Positions 27,743-37,909 of a stretch of DNA of 64,000 nucleotides are shown here, piece by piece (position 1 is the stretch's first letter; each line of letters opens with the position of its first letter). The position numbers and the translations under genes are program-made. Source of the DNA: Candidatus Omnitrophota bacterium (GTDB taxonomy: Bacteria > Omnitrophota > Gorgyraeia > B26-G9); NCBI GenBank assembly GCA_043826565.1, contig JBDRPX010000030.1, positions 21,660 to 85,659 on the forward strand, written 5' to 3'. The notes under the pieces are model-generated. The model saw only the letters and a list, made by a program, of their open reading frames with translations. It was not told the DNA's origin and did not search any database.

Positions 27743-27922
27743 TGGATCCTATCGTTATTTTCCGATAATAAAACGTATATTATTTGCCGCAGCGCCACCA
27801 ATATTTAATGTAGCAACTTTTTCGGCATTCTCTACTTGATACCCCTCAGCTGTTCCCGTAGATATAAATACCCTAAACAGCAGATTATATTTTTGTGCTA
27901 ACACAGCTTTTAAAATCATCTT

Positions 27923-29113
27923 CTACCCTCTGACCTCTGTAATTTGTACTAATATATCCTTTACTTCGGCAGCGCGAATCTGCCATGAATGTTTCGCGGC
28001 AATCTCTTTTCTCTTCTCAGCCAATTGCCCATCTTCGCGCAAACTCTCCCGTATCTGAGATTCAAAATTTTTATCATTATGCGCAATTCTGACTATTCCC
28101 GAAAAATCCGCCACCCCCGGCAAATCAGTAGAAACAACCGGCTTGCCGGTGGCTAAGTATTCATACACTTTTAACGGCGAACAAAATCTGCTAAACATAG
28201 AATCCATTTTATAGGGAATAATACAAACATTAAATGCCTTTATATAACTGGGAAGCTTTTCATATGGCCGGAATTCAAATAGATGAATATTCCGATGTGC
28301 TGCCTGCAATTCTCTCATTTCTTTATAATGCATTCTACTTCCAATAAAAACAAACGTCCAATCCTTATTTCGCTCCGCTATCCAACTAATTAAGTCCGTA
28401 TCTATACGGTATGAAAAATTACCCACAAAACCGATGACAGGAGACGGCAGCTGCTGCATTTCTTTAGCCACTACTATGTCCGGATCATCTACTTTGCCGA
28501 AATGACGAATATCTGCGGCATTAGAAATAAGGCGAAGATTTTTAGTCTTGGCCTGCTTTGCCTCATAAAGCTCCTGGGAAACAACCAATGTCATATCTGC
28601 TGTGGCTAAAATTTCATCTTCTTTGGCAATTAACTCTTTTTTTGTCCGGAAAAAGCGGTTATATACCCGCATTGTATAGTCATCAAAACAATCAAATATT
28701 TTTAATACCCCGGGAAATAAATCCGCATAACTTAGTTGAAAGGGATCGGTTAACCAAACAATAAGCGAAGACGGCATAGCAGCTTGTTCTAATATTTTAC
28801 TAATTTGTCTTTTTAGCACCTTCCTGTTTATATAATCCAAAAATGGGATTTTGACAGCGAAATTAGTATTCAAAAAAATCCAAGGCTGATAAACAAATAA
28901 ATTCGGCTTGACTGTTCTGACCTTTTTTTGCTTCCGGTGATTCTTGCGCCACTGCCGGTAATTTTTCAGAGGAGAAATCACATAATCTATAGGATTTTCA
29001 ATACAAAGGATCGCCATCTCCGGCATAAGTTCTGCCAAAGCACTAAGTAAGTAAAAACCACGCCATGGATGACCCCATTCACAAGGTAAAAATACAATAA
29101 TAGTTTTTTTCAT
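27923..29113 (-). CDS. GT4-like glycosyltransferase
   Basis: IGFVGNFSYRIDTDLI...FIGS...NVCIIPYK...ATGKPVVSTDLPGV: a divergent GT4 C-terminal domain. Confidence 0.5.
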   Translation of the reverse strand: MKKTIIVFLPCEWGHPWRGFYLLSALAELMPEMAILCIENPIDYVISPLKNYRQWRKNHRKQKKVRTVKPNLFVYQPWIFLNTNFAVKIPFLDYINRKVLKRQISKILEQAAMPSSLIVWLTDPFQLSYADLFPGVLKIFDCFDDYTMRVYNRFFRTKKELIAKEDEILATADMTLVVSQELYEAKQAKTKNLRLISNAADIRHFGKVDDPDIVVAKEMQQLPSPVIGFVGNFSYRIDTDLISWIAERNKDWTFVFIGSRMHYKEMRELQAAHRNIHLFEFRPYEKLPSYIKAFNVCIIPYKMDSMFSRFCSPLKVYEYLATGKPVVSTDLPGVADFSGIVRIAHNDKNFESQIRESLREDGQLAEKRKEIAAKHSWQIRAAEVKDILVQITEVRG

Positions 29114-29217
29114 ACTAACAATCCAATTTCTTTAATAACATTTTTGGCAATAGTATCCAAAATATTCGTTTTGAACCTAACTATACAACTCTCTTTTGTT
29201 TACTAGCCTCTTTCTTT

Positions 29218-30348
29218 TCATGCAGTCACAATAATTTGATTATATATTCTTTCCAATTGCCTAGTATTGGTTCTTTCATTAAACAATTTTTCGACTCTTT
29301 CTTTGCCCTTTTGACCGAAAAGCTTTGCCCTTGCAGGATTATTTATCATTTCCGAAATAGCTTTTGCTAACGCTTCAGGATTGCCCGGCGGAACCAATAA
29401 GCCCGTAACACCATCCTCTACAACTTCAGGGGCACCCCCTGAACAAGTGCCAATAACTGGCTTTCCTACAGCCATCGCTTCAATCAAAACACGCCCAAAG
29501 GGTTCCTTTTCAGATGGCAACACCAATATATCCATAGTAGAATATAATTCACGTGTATTATTAATAAATCCAGAAAAAACAATATTCTGTTCTAAATTTA
29601 AAGTCTTACTCAGTTCTTTCAAATAAGAAAAACAATTAGACTCTTTGCTTATCGAAATATCACCTGCGATAAGTAATCTGACCTGAGAATATTGTTTTAC
29701 CAATAAATCCATAGCTTTAATAAGGAAATGTATTCCTTTTGCTTTTTTAATTTGCCCTACGTATCCTATTAAAAAAGCATCCTTTTCAATGCCATATTTT
29801 TCTCTAAAACTACCTGCACTAGCAGTAGAATAACTTTCATCCAAGGAAACAGAATTATAAATTACTATGGATTTCTGCGTGTTTCTCAAATACTTTGAAT
29901 AACTTAGTTCCGTAGCGCTAGAATTAGCAATTAATGTTTTTGTAAGAAATAAAAAATTATTATAGTAACAAGGTTTGGTAATAATGTTTCTGATATGACA
30001 TACTAACGGTACCTTAGTAAATAAGGATGCTATCACTGCATATTGGTTGGATATATACATATTGCAATGAATGAGGCTTATTTTTTCAAGTTTTATTACC
30101 TTAATAAGCCATCGTAAAGTTTTTAAATAAGAAAAAACTGTCCCAAGATTTTTCTTTTTTATATTAGCTAAAGGGTATAAATGAGTTTTTATATTCATTG
30201 ATTTAATCTGCTCTACCAACGGGCCGTTTCCAGTAAGTATAACTATGGGAGTAAATACCTTTTGATCTAAACCCTTTAATAGACAAAGTAAGCTCTTTTC
30301 TGCACCAGCTATTTCCGAAGTATGAGAAATATAAAGTATTTTCTTCAT
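29218..30348 (-). CDS. GT4 glycosyltransferase
   Basis: EPFGRVLIEAMAVGKPVIGTCSGGAPEVVEDGVTGLLVPPGNPEALAKAI. The start is moved to MKKILYISH (30348) to remove the overlap with the upstream gene. Confidence 0.75.
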   Translation of the reverse strand: MKKILYISHTSEIAGAEKSLLCLLKGLDQKVFTPIVILTGNGPLVEQIKSMNIKTHLYPLANIKKKNLGTVFSYLKTLRWLIKVIKLEKISLIHCNMYISNQYAVIASLFTKVPLVCHIRNIITKPCYYNNFLFLTKTLIANSSATELSYSKYLRNTQKSIVIYNSVSLDESYSTASAGSFREKYGIEKDAFLIGYVGQIKKAKGIHFLIKAMDLLVKQYSQVRLLIAGDISISKESNCFSYLKELSKTLNLEQNIVFSGFINNTRELYSTMDILVLPSEKEPFGRVLIEAMAVGKPVIGTCSGGAPEVVEDGVTGLLVPPGNPEALAKAISEMINNPARAKLFGQKGKERVEKLFNERTNTRQLERIYNQIIVTA

Positions 30349-30352
30349 ATGT

Positions 30353-31498
30353 TCAAGCCCTTGTCTGTACATTATTTAAAATCATTTCAATTTTATTTCC
30401 TGCTATGTTCCAATTCATCTCTTTCTCTACCCTTTGTCTCCCATTTTCACCCAGTTCTTTTGCATATTTTTCGTCTTTCAGTAAACATAAGATTGCTTGA
30501 GAAATTTCATCAATATCATCGGGATTAACTAAAATCCCGGTAACGCCGTCGATCACTGCATCGTCTACCCCGCCAGACTTTCCGGCAATAACGGGCTTTC
30601 CACATGCATTAGCCTCCAAATAAACAATCCCGAAACTCTCATAATCAATGTCTATCGTCTTAGATGGCATTACAAAAATATCGCAAATGTTATAATACAG
30701 CTGTATGTCTTCATGTTTTATTTGTCCAAGGAATTTTACATATTCTTCTAATCCTAATTCTCTTGTCAAGCTTTCAAGCCTTGTTCTTTCTTCACCTTCA
30801 CCCAAAATTACATACGTAACATTTTCTACCTCTTTAATTACAACAGCTAACGCTTTTAAGATATTTTCGTGGTTTTTTTTCGCTACCAAGCGTGCAACGG
30901 TTAGCAATATCTTGTTGTCATTTAGCTTAAGTTCTTCCTTCATTTTGACGCCCTTATCAACCATTTTCAATACTTCTACATCAACCCCGGGATTAAGTAT
31001 CTGTATCTTTTCCAAAGGATATCCTCGTTCATGGACAAGATTTCTGGTTACTTGACTGTTTGCAATAATTCCTTTCGCATTCTTCAATACTATTCCTGAA
31101 GCCCATTTATCCACAAATGTGAACCGGCTAAAATAAGCATTAAATTCTGTGCCATGCACTAAAATTACATACGGAACTTTTAAAATAATCCTAGAAAGAA
31201 CGCCTCCCAGCCAATGCGTTGATCCAAAGTGACCAAAAAAAACAATATCTATATTATTCTTTAGAACAAGATAGAGCAATTTACTAATCGCCTCTATTGA
31301 TGTTGGCCTAAGATTTCCCTTTAGCCTGATAATTTCAAATCCCTGCGCTAAATCAAACTTTTCGCTCCCCTTTATACTATTAGCCAGCACCACAAGCTTA
31401 TGACCTTTTTGATGTAAGGATTTACATATATTGTAATCAAAATTCGCAATCCCTCCATTTAAGGGCGGAAAATTTGAAGTAACAAATAAAATGTTCAT
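30353..31498 (-). CDS. GT4 glycosyltransferase
   Basis: ESFGIVYLEANACGKPVIAGKSGGVDDAVIDGVTGILVNPDDIDEISQAI. Confidence 0.75.
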   Translation of the reverse strand: MNILFVTSNFPPLNGGIANFDYNICKSLHQKGHKLVVLANSIKGSEKFDLAQGFEIIRLKGNLRPTSIEAISKLLYLVLKNNIDIVFFGHFGSTHWLGGVLSRIILKVPYVILVHGTEFNAYFSRFTFVDKWASGIVLKNAKGIIANSQVTRNLVHERGYPLEKIQILNPGVDVEVLKMVDKGVKMKEELKLNDNKILLTVARLVAKKNHENILKALAVVIKEVENVTYVILGEGEERTRLESLTRELGLEEYVKFLGQIKHEDIQLYYNICDIFVMPSKTIDIDYESFGIVYLEANACGKPVIAGKSGGVDDAVIDGVTGILVNPDDIDEISQAILCLLKDEKYAKELGENGRQRVEKEMNWNIAGNKIEMILNNVQTRA

Positions 31499-31499
31499 A

Positions 31500-32201
31500 T
31501 TATTTATCTACCTTTGCAATAAATTGAATATGCCCGGCAAAATCTAAAGGAGCTCTTTTAGCTATATACTCATAAGCTCTTCTATAATCATCTGATAAAC
31601 GACCACGCTTTATATACGATATCACCGCTCTACAAATAAGTATCATATAAACCAATCCCACGATAATAGTTTGCATTATACAAAATGCCGCTTTTTCTCC
31701 TAACTTTCGTGGAAGCAAACGAGTTAATAAATTTCGCATAATCAATGAAAAAGCATTGATCCCGTTTCTTATCTCAATCTGAACATACCCTGCTTTTTTT
31801 AATATAAACTTCACGCCCACAGGATTAAATGAATAGTACATACATTTATCATGAGATGGTTCTAAATATGAAACGCTTCCAATTATCTTTCCGCCAGGCA
31901 TTAAAACTCTCTTAACCTCTCGTAAGAATTTTTCCGGACAAGGAACATGTTCAAGAACTTGCCAGAGGATAATGAGATTAAAAGAATTTTCTTTAAATGG
32001 TAATGCCGTTCCATCACATTGAACTATTCCCTGCCCCCGCGAAATGTCAACATCACAACCTGTATAGCTATATCCAGCATTTTCAACAAGTTCTCTGGCC
32101 CAACCACTTCCACACCCCACATCTAAACATAAGCCTTTTCCGCGAGGAATGTTAAGCTGAGTATCTTTCCAATTAAATTTCCAATCAGTAAATAATGACA
32201 T
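31500..32201 (-). CDS. Class I SAM-dependent methyltransferase
   Basis: LDVGCGSGWARELVENAGYSYTGCDVD...FNLIILWQVLEHVP...LMPGGKIIGS. The start is trimmed to MSLFTDW (32201) because the longer ORF overlaps the upstream GT by ~100 nt. Confidence 0.6.
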   Translation of the reverse strand: MSLFTDWKFNWKDTQLNIPRGKGLCLDVGCGSGWARELVENAGYSYTGCDVDISRGQGIVQCDGTALPFKENSFNLIILWQVLEHVPCPEKFLREVKRVLMPGGKIIGSVSYLEPSHDKCMYYSFNPVGVKFILKKAGYVQIEIRNGINAFSLIMRNLLTRLLPRKLGEKAAFCIMQTIIVGLVYMILICRAVISYIKRGRLSDDYRRAYEYIAKRAPLDFAGHIQFIAKVDK

Positions 32202-32202
32202 T

Positions 32203-33300
32203 TTATCCTTTGAATGTTTTTGTAACTGCTTGAAAAAACTTTTCACATACCATATCCCATGAAGATAGTTTGCTGAATTTTGCAAATGAAGCTTGAGACA
32301 TTTCACATCTCAGTTTTGAATCAACAATTAATTTCCTGATAGCTTTAGCCAATATTTCACTATCTGCCGGCGCAACTAAAATACCTTCACGCTCATTTGT
32401 CAATTGCTCAGGAATTCCACCGACGTTACTTGCTACAATCGGTATCCCAAACGACATAGCCTCCTGAATTACCACACCGTAGGCCTCATAAAGAGAAGGT
32501 AGCACAAATATATCTGCATCCTTATACATTTGCACTAAAGCCTCTCCCTCTAACCGTCCACACAGCGTTACCTTGTCTACTAACTTATATTTTTCTATTA
32601 AACCTCTAAGTTCCTGCTCATATTCTATTTCCTTCACTCCACCAACAAGAGAACATTTCCAATTGTAATCCTCTATTTGCTTTAAGGCTTCTATCAAATA
32701 CCTTTGTCCTTTCAACTCTCGAATATGTGCCACACATAAAATATTTACCACATTTGTACTTTTTCGTTTCCATTTTTCTTGATTGTTTTTTACTTTAGAA
32801 GATGAATAAACTACTTTGATTTTATGTTTATTTGCCTTATAATTGTCGCTCAACTCCTTGCTTAAATATTCACTATTAACAGTCAGCAAATGTGCTGATT
32901 GTACATACAAAAACAACATAACATCCCTCAACAACTTATTAATACCCCATTTCAATCTAGGGCTAGGTATTTGCCTGAAACTAACAATAATTTTAATATC
33001 CTTTCTAAATAGACGTATGAACCAGTTTGATAAAATAAACGCATGATAAAATGTCCCCTCTTGTAGGATAATAGCTTTTTTTGCAAGACGGGTAAAACGC
33101 CGAATAAAATATGCGTTGATTTTAAGGGCATTCTTTGGACGATTTAAAAAATTTATATCAGATTCATCCGGTAAAATAACCGTAACATCTTCCTTGTTTT
33201 TTAAATCCTCCAACACTTTGGAATAAAAAAGCTCGCCCCCCGTTTGGGGAGAAGGAAATAAGTTAATACAATAATATATGATCAAATTTGTATTGTGCAA
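32203..33300 (-). CDS. GT4 glycosyltransferase
   Basis: EAYGVVIQEAMSFGIPIVASNVGGIPEQLTNEREGILVAPADSEILAKAI. Confidence 0.75.
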   Translation of the reverse strand: MHNTNLIIYYCINLFPSPQTGGELFYSKVLEDLKNKEDVTVILPDESDINFLNRPKNALKINAYFIRRFTRLAKKAIILQEGTFYHAFILSNWFIRLFRKDIKIIVSFRQIPSPRLKWGINKLLRDVMLFLYVQSAHLLTVNSEYLSKELSDNYKANKHKIKVVYSSSKVKNNQEKWKRKSTNVVNILCVAHIRELKGQRYLIEALKQIEDYNWKCSLVGGVKEIEYEQELRGLIEKYKLVDKVTLCGRLEGEALVQMYKDADIFVLPSLYEAYGVVIQEAMSFGIPIVASNVGGIPEQLTNEREGILVAPADSEILAKAIRKLIVDSKLRCEMSQASFAKFSKLSSWDMVCEKFFQAVTKTFKG

Positions 33301-35612
33301 GATTGGCCTGCCTCATTCTGAGTAGTAATACTTTTCTCTATAAAATTTATATTGCATTCATCTGTTGAATAAATATCCTTGAAGTTTTCCTTTTTAAATG
33401 GCACCAACTCCGCCACTGAAAAAATAGAGTCCCTTTCATGATTCTTTTCCAATTTAAAATCACTCATTGAATACACACTACAAGGCCCTCTTGGATTGCT
33501 TGGAATATCTGTTTTTATTATTTTTCTATACCCTTCTACCCCCCACACCCCAAGATGATTATACATAAACCCTTGTTCATGATTTCTGGAAATAAAACCG
33601 CTACCTTTCAACTCAACTTCCCATCCATCGTCACTCCTTGCACACATTGCACTTAAATTTTTTACCTCAATGTTTTTCAATTTATCAAATATCTTCAGCT
33701 TTGAAACCATAATAATTCTATTAGAAAAACAATGATATTTTTTTTCAAATAAGAAACTTTCAAATGATTTTCTATAAGTAATTATTGTCGCATATTTTTC
33801 TTTTTTTTTGGCAATGATAAGTCCTGGACCATAACAATATTTTCTATTGCCGTCAATCACGAAAAAAGGAAGATCTGTCGTTGGCAAATAGCCTGGTTTT
33901 AGATGTTCCAAAATAGGCAATAGACTACCTTTTCCTGGAATACCTAACATCGCTATTCCTGCTATACCAACCTGATGTATTCCCCCCGACCATGCTGCTG
34001 CCGCTTCACATCCTCCAAATAGTCCTAAGTAGTAATTCAACCCTCCCACAATGCAAAAATTAGATTCCTCCATGTTAATGATACAGTCCTGCCTTTCCAT
34101 CGGAATAGCTACATCAGTTGTCGGAGAAATTAGTTTATCGTCGACATTAAAAAGAAAATATCCACATAGCGCATTATAGGTAGTAGCATTGTGATTCCAT
34201 GCCATTCTAATCTTCCCATATTGATTCATCGCAGTTGGCATAAGTTTATTATCCTCCACCCACCTCTGAAGATATCCTATTGCTTTATTAACCGCCCTTT
34301 TAAACTGATCTGATCGAGTTTTATTTTTAGTCCTTTTCGATGCTTCATAAAAAGCATAAATTGCTGAAACTTGGTGATAAATGTTATTTGCTCCTCTTCC
34401 CATATATGCTACTTCACCATCTGGGGTTAAAAGATTTAGAGAAAATTGACATCCTTTAAGAAAAATGTTTAACAATTTTGGGTCATCATTGTAAATTAGT
34501 GCTCGAGCTAAACACGCTAAGGAGTATTGATGATACGTAATATCCCGGTTGCTTAAATTACTATATCTTTCTCTAAAATTATCGCAAATCAGCCCATCTT
34601 TAGATTGATCCTCCTCAAGACGCTTCAAGCATTGACCCACTCTTTTTGACTCTGATTTTCCCGTATAACGATGTCTCGTACTGTGCCAATGAACTCTTAA
34701 GGCATATACGTTAGTGGGCTGATAATGTGTAGTTTCTTTCATTTTAAATAAAAACTTGTTATATTTTGTTACGTCCTCATCTTCTGAAAGCAATTTTACA
34801 CACTCTACAAATACAGGATTTTTAAAATCTGTATTTTGCCACGCAATGGATGATGCTAAATAGTCGCTATATATTCGTATCATAAAATCCATCGCTAATT
34901 TCGCGCTTTTTAGAAATTCTTTATCGCCCGTTGTCGCATGGCATCTAAGAAAACAATATGCGGCATAAATCGTAACATAGTGGTCACCTGGTACTTGTGG
35001 AGGATACGCACTGCTTTCGGAATCCAGATTAAAATCAATAATTCCGCCTAAATCATAGGATTTCAAAAAAATTTCAATTTTATCAAAATGTTTTTTTAAG
35101 GAGATGAATAAAAAGGTGACCCCTCCTAAATTATCGAGATTTTGCCGGCGTTTTCGGGATCGCAAATAACTCATAATGTTTATTTGTCTAGTATCACGCC
35201 ACTCACCGAAAAATTTCTTTAAAATATAACTCGTTTTTCCGAAATATCTTTGCTTTTTGAGCGAAATTACGTCTTCCATAACTTCTGCATGACTTGGAAT
35301 CTTTATGTCTTTGCGGAGATCATTAGTAACATTTTTTTCAGCTAATGGAAGCCGAAAAAAATCTCCTTTACACACAGAGCACACTTTTTTTTCTTCCTCT
35401 TTGTCATAGATAACTACATGTAACTTCTTCTTATTAAAATAGAATTTAGCTTTAATCGATTTTCCATGGCGATATGTATCTATATCTATCCATTTTGATT
35501 CAAAAGATCCACTATCAACCTTAGCAAGTGTTACCCGTTGATCCTCCGCAATAACTTGTTGAGCAAAAAGAATGTTTGAGATATTCAATGCGATTTTATT
35601 TAAATTTGTCAT
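33282..35612 (-). CDS. Heparinase II/III-like protein, as commonly embedded in polysaccharide biosynthesis loci
   Basis: Large (~775 aa) soluble protein whose C-terminal region (GGLNYYLGLFGGCEAAAAWSGGIHQVGIAGIAMLGIPGKG...) resembles the Hepar_II_III family. The N-terminal half is alpha-rich. The assignment is by motif memory only. Confidence 0.4.
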   Translation of the reverse strand: MTNLNKIALNISNILFAQQVIAEDQRVTLAKVDSGSFESKWIDIDTYRHGKSIKAKFYFNKKKLHVVIYDKEEEKKVCSVCKGDFFRLPLAEKNVTNDLRKDIKIPSHAEVMEDVISLKKQRYFGKTSYILKKFFGEWRDTRQINIMSYLRSRKRRQNLDNLGGVTFLFISLKKHFDKIEIFLKSYDLGGIIDFNLDSESSAYPPQVPGDHYVTIYAAYCFLRCHATTGDKEFLKSAKLAMDFMIRIYSDYLASSIAWQNTDFKNPVFVECVKLLSEDEDVTKYNKFLFKMKETTHYQPTNVYALRVHWHSTRHRYTGKSESKRVGQCLKRLEEDQSKDGLICDNFRERYSNLSNRDITYHQYSLACLARALIYNDDPKLLNIFLKGCQFSLNLLTPDGEVAYMGRGANNIYHQVSAIYAFYEASKRTKNKTRSDQFKRAVNKAIGYLQRWVEDNKLMPTAMNQYGKIRMAWNHNATTYNALCGYFLFNVDDKLISPTTDVAIPMERQDCIINMEESNFCIVGGLNYYLGLFGGCEAAAAWSGGIHQVGIAGIAMLGIPGKGSLLPILEHLKPGYLPTTDLPFFVIDGNRKYCYGPGLIIAKKKEKYATIITYRKSFESFLFEKKYHCFSNRIIMVSKLKIFDKLKNIEVKNLSAMCARSDDGWEVELKGSGFISRNHEQGFMYNHLGVWGVEGYRKIIKTDIPSNPRGPCSVYSMSDFKLEKNHERDSIFSVAELVPFKKENFKDIYSTDECNINFIEKSITTQNEAGQSCTIQI

Positions 35613-35643
35613 TTTTCCCAATTCTCGTGCATTTAATAATAAG

Positions 35644-36603
35644 TTAATTAAATAAATACGGAATATTTGAGTAATCCACAAGTTTTTTCTTTCCGCGGTC
35701 TATTTTATCCTTATAAACAAAATGAAATAGGCTATCAAACAATACTTTTGGATTCGGCAAGAAAAACCCGACTTTATATGCCTTGATTAAGCAGTCTATC
35801 GATAGTCTGTTGCGCAATGACTTGTGCGCTAATATTGCCCCTTGATAAAAATATTCTCTTATTTGACCCGTTATAATCTTATTCATTTGTTTAGAAATTT
35901 TATTGTTTGATTTAAACTTTTTCAGAACTGCAAGATGAGTTAATGTTGAATACACTGGATCTCTTTTGCTTATCCCCTCTTTATTTATCCTAAATATTAC
36001 AAGTGGGTCGTCAACATAGTCAAAACAACATACTTGTGCTAAACGTAACCACATATCATAATCTTCAGAAGGACTCATCCTTTGGTCGAATAATCCCACC
36101 CTTTGGATCAAAGACTTTTTTACCACAACTGTTGATGTTCTAACAAAATATGACTGGAGCAATTCTAAAAGCACATCTCCTCTGTATGCTTTCTTCCACT
36201 GAAATGTTGTTTGCGGTTGTCTTTCTCCATATTCCTCTCTAAAGTAATCAGAATAAACTAAACCAGTTTGTTCATTTTCAGTGAAAAGCTTCATCTGTTT
36301 CTCAAGCTTATTTGAAATCCAACTATCATCAGAGTCTAAAAAAGCAACGAATTCTCCTGTGCTCTTCTTTATTCCCTCATTTCTAGCAAAAGCTACTCCT
36401 TTATTAGGTTGCCAAATATATTTTATATTTTCAGAAAACTGTGCCACCATCTTATCTGTTCCATCAGTAGACCCATCATCCACAATTATTATCTCTATGT
36501 TTGCGTATGTTTGATCAAGCACGCTTTTTACCGCATTTTGAAGATATTTTCTTCGATTAAATGTAGGAATTATAACACTTACTAATGGATAATAATTTCC
36601 CAT
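35644..36603 (-). CDS. GT2 glycosyltransferase
   Basis: VSVIIPTFNRRKYLQNAVKSVLDQTY.NIEIIIVDDGSTDGT...FARNEGIKKSTGEFVAFLDSDDSW (GT2 DxD and DD motifs). Confidence 0.8.
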   Translation of the reverse strand: MGNYYPLVSVIIPTFNRRKYLQNAVKSVLDQTYANIEIIIVDDGSTDGTDKMVAQFSENIKYIWQPNKGVAFARNEGIKKSTGEFVAFLDSDDSWISNKLEKQMKLFTENEQTGLVYSDYFREEYGERQPQTTFQWKKAYRGDVLLELLQSYFVRTSTVVVKKSLIQRVGLFDQRMSPSEDYDMWLRLAQVCCFDYVDDPLVIFRINKEGISKRDPVYSTLTHLAVLKKFKSNNKISKQMNKIITGQIREYFYQGAILAHKSLRNRLSIDCLIKAYKVGFFLPNPKVLFDSLFHFVYKDKIDRGKKKLVDYSNIPYLFN

Positions 36604-36605
36604 TT

Positions 36606-37817
36606 CTACACTCTTGTTCCTTTCTCACTATTATTGTACATTTGTATTAAACTATTGCGATGTTTTTCCGGGTCAAATAAATCCAAAGCTATTTCTCTAC
36701 TTTTCACACTCATTTTTTTTGCCAGTTCTTTATCTTCAAGTATCCTATTAATCCTATTTGCCAGCATTTTCACATCGCATGGTTTCACCAAATATCCATT
36801 TTCATTATCAAAGCACCATGATGTTGAAATTCCTCCGACATCAAAGGCCACTACAGGAAGTCCATATGAAATCGCTTCTTGGCCTATTAATCCAAAAGTT
36901 TCCGGACAAATAGACGGGACTACCATTACCGAAGCAGTTGTATACTCCTCCTGCAATTTCCGATTATCACCTGCCCCATGAAAAACAACTTTTTCCTCTA
37001 TATTCAGAGTTTTAGCAAGTTCTTTAAGATTTTGAAGATAATCCCCCTCTCCAATAATGCTTATGGTATGTTTCTCTATAATATTCTGGCTTGCTTGTAA
37101 CAAAAATTGTGCACCCTTTACATCGCTTATCCTTCCGACAAAGAGAATTTTGTTAAAATCTTTCTTATAACCTTTATTCCTAATATCATAAAGGCCGTCA
37201 AAAGATGGGGTGATTATGCTTATTTTTGTCTTTTGTATTTTAATTTTCAATAGCATTCTTTTCATATATTCATTCATAACAACTACCCTTGCCGCATCAT
37301 TGTGTAATTGTATGTTCTCTTTAACTTTTTGGTATCTTCTCCACATCGTTCTTATCCCTGCAGCCCTTCCGGAAAAAATATATTTACATACGATGCATAA
37401 TAATCCTGTCTGCCTTTCACATATACGATTACCTTTTAACAGTCTACTTTTTGACTTTGTCGGACAATCAAGATAATGGGTATGAGCTGTTATAACTGTC
37501 TTATGCTTATTTATAACTTTTTTAATAGTCTCTACATCCTCAAACACCTCTACGTTATGAAAATGCACAATATCCGGATTTTCTTTCACTATGATATCAA
37601 AAATAAACTTGCTTCCTTGTCGTGCAATAGTAAAGTTACTGCTCATGTCTTTTAAATAATACTTTTTCACCATTGGCTGAAAGTCTTCCGGAACTTTTTT
37701 ATCTCCATAAATAACAACAATTTCACAGCCCTCATCGCTAAGCAGCTGAATATCACTTCTCATCACATTTTCGGCGCCACCGATAGAACCATATTTACCT
37801 ATAAACAAAATTCGCAC
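36606..37817 (-). CDS. GT4 glycosyltransferase
   Basis: ETFGLIGQEAISYGLPVVAFDVGGISTSWCFDNENGYLVKPCDVKMLANRI. Confidence 0.75.
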   Translation of the reverse strand: MRILFIGKYGSIGGAENVMRSDIQLLSDEGCEIVVIYGDKKVPEDFQPMVKKYYLKDMSSNFTIARQGSKFIFDIIVKENPDIVHFHNVEVFEDVETIKKVINKHKTVITAHTHYLDCPTKSKSRLLKGNRICERQTGLLCIVCKYIFSGRAAGIRTMWRRYQKVKENIQLHNDAARVVVMNEYMKRMLLKIKIQKTKISIITPSFDGLYDIRNKGYKKDFNKILFVGRISDVKGAQFLLQASQNIIEKHTISIIGEGDYLQNLKELAKTLNIEEKVVFHGAGDNRKLQEEYTTASVMVVPSICPETFGLIGQEAISYGLPVVAFDVGGISTSWCFDNENGYLVKPCDVKMLANRINRILEDKELAKKMSVKSREIALDLFDPEKHRNSLIQMYNNSEKGTRV

Positions 37818-37909
37818 TTTATGCTTTCTCCTTTTAAAAATATCTCCTTACTTAAATCTAAATAAATCATCTCTAATCTTTAACAACATTAAGTTAATTA
37901 ATCGCTGTT

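Noticed and set aside
32202-32306. N-terminal 35-aa extension of the methyltransferase 31500..32306, overlapping the GT4 gene by ~100 nt
   Set aside because: Overlap of this length is unlikely. The internal Met at 32201 abuts the upstream gene stop, so the gene is trimmed to 31500..32201.
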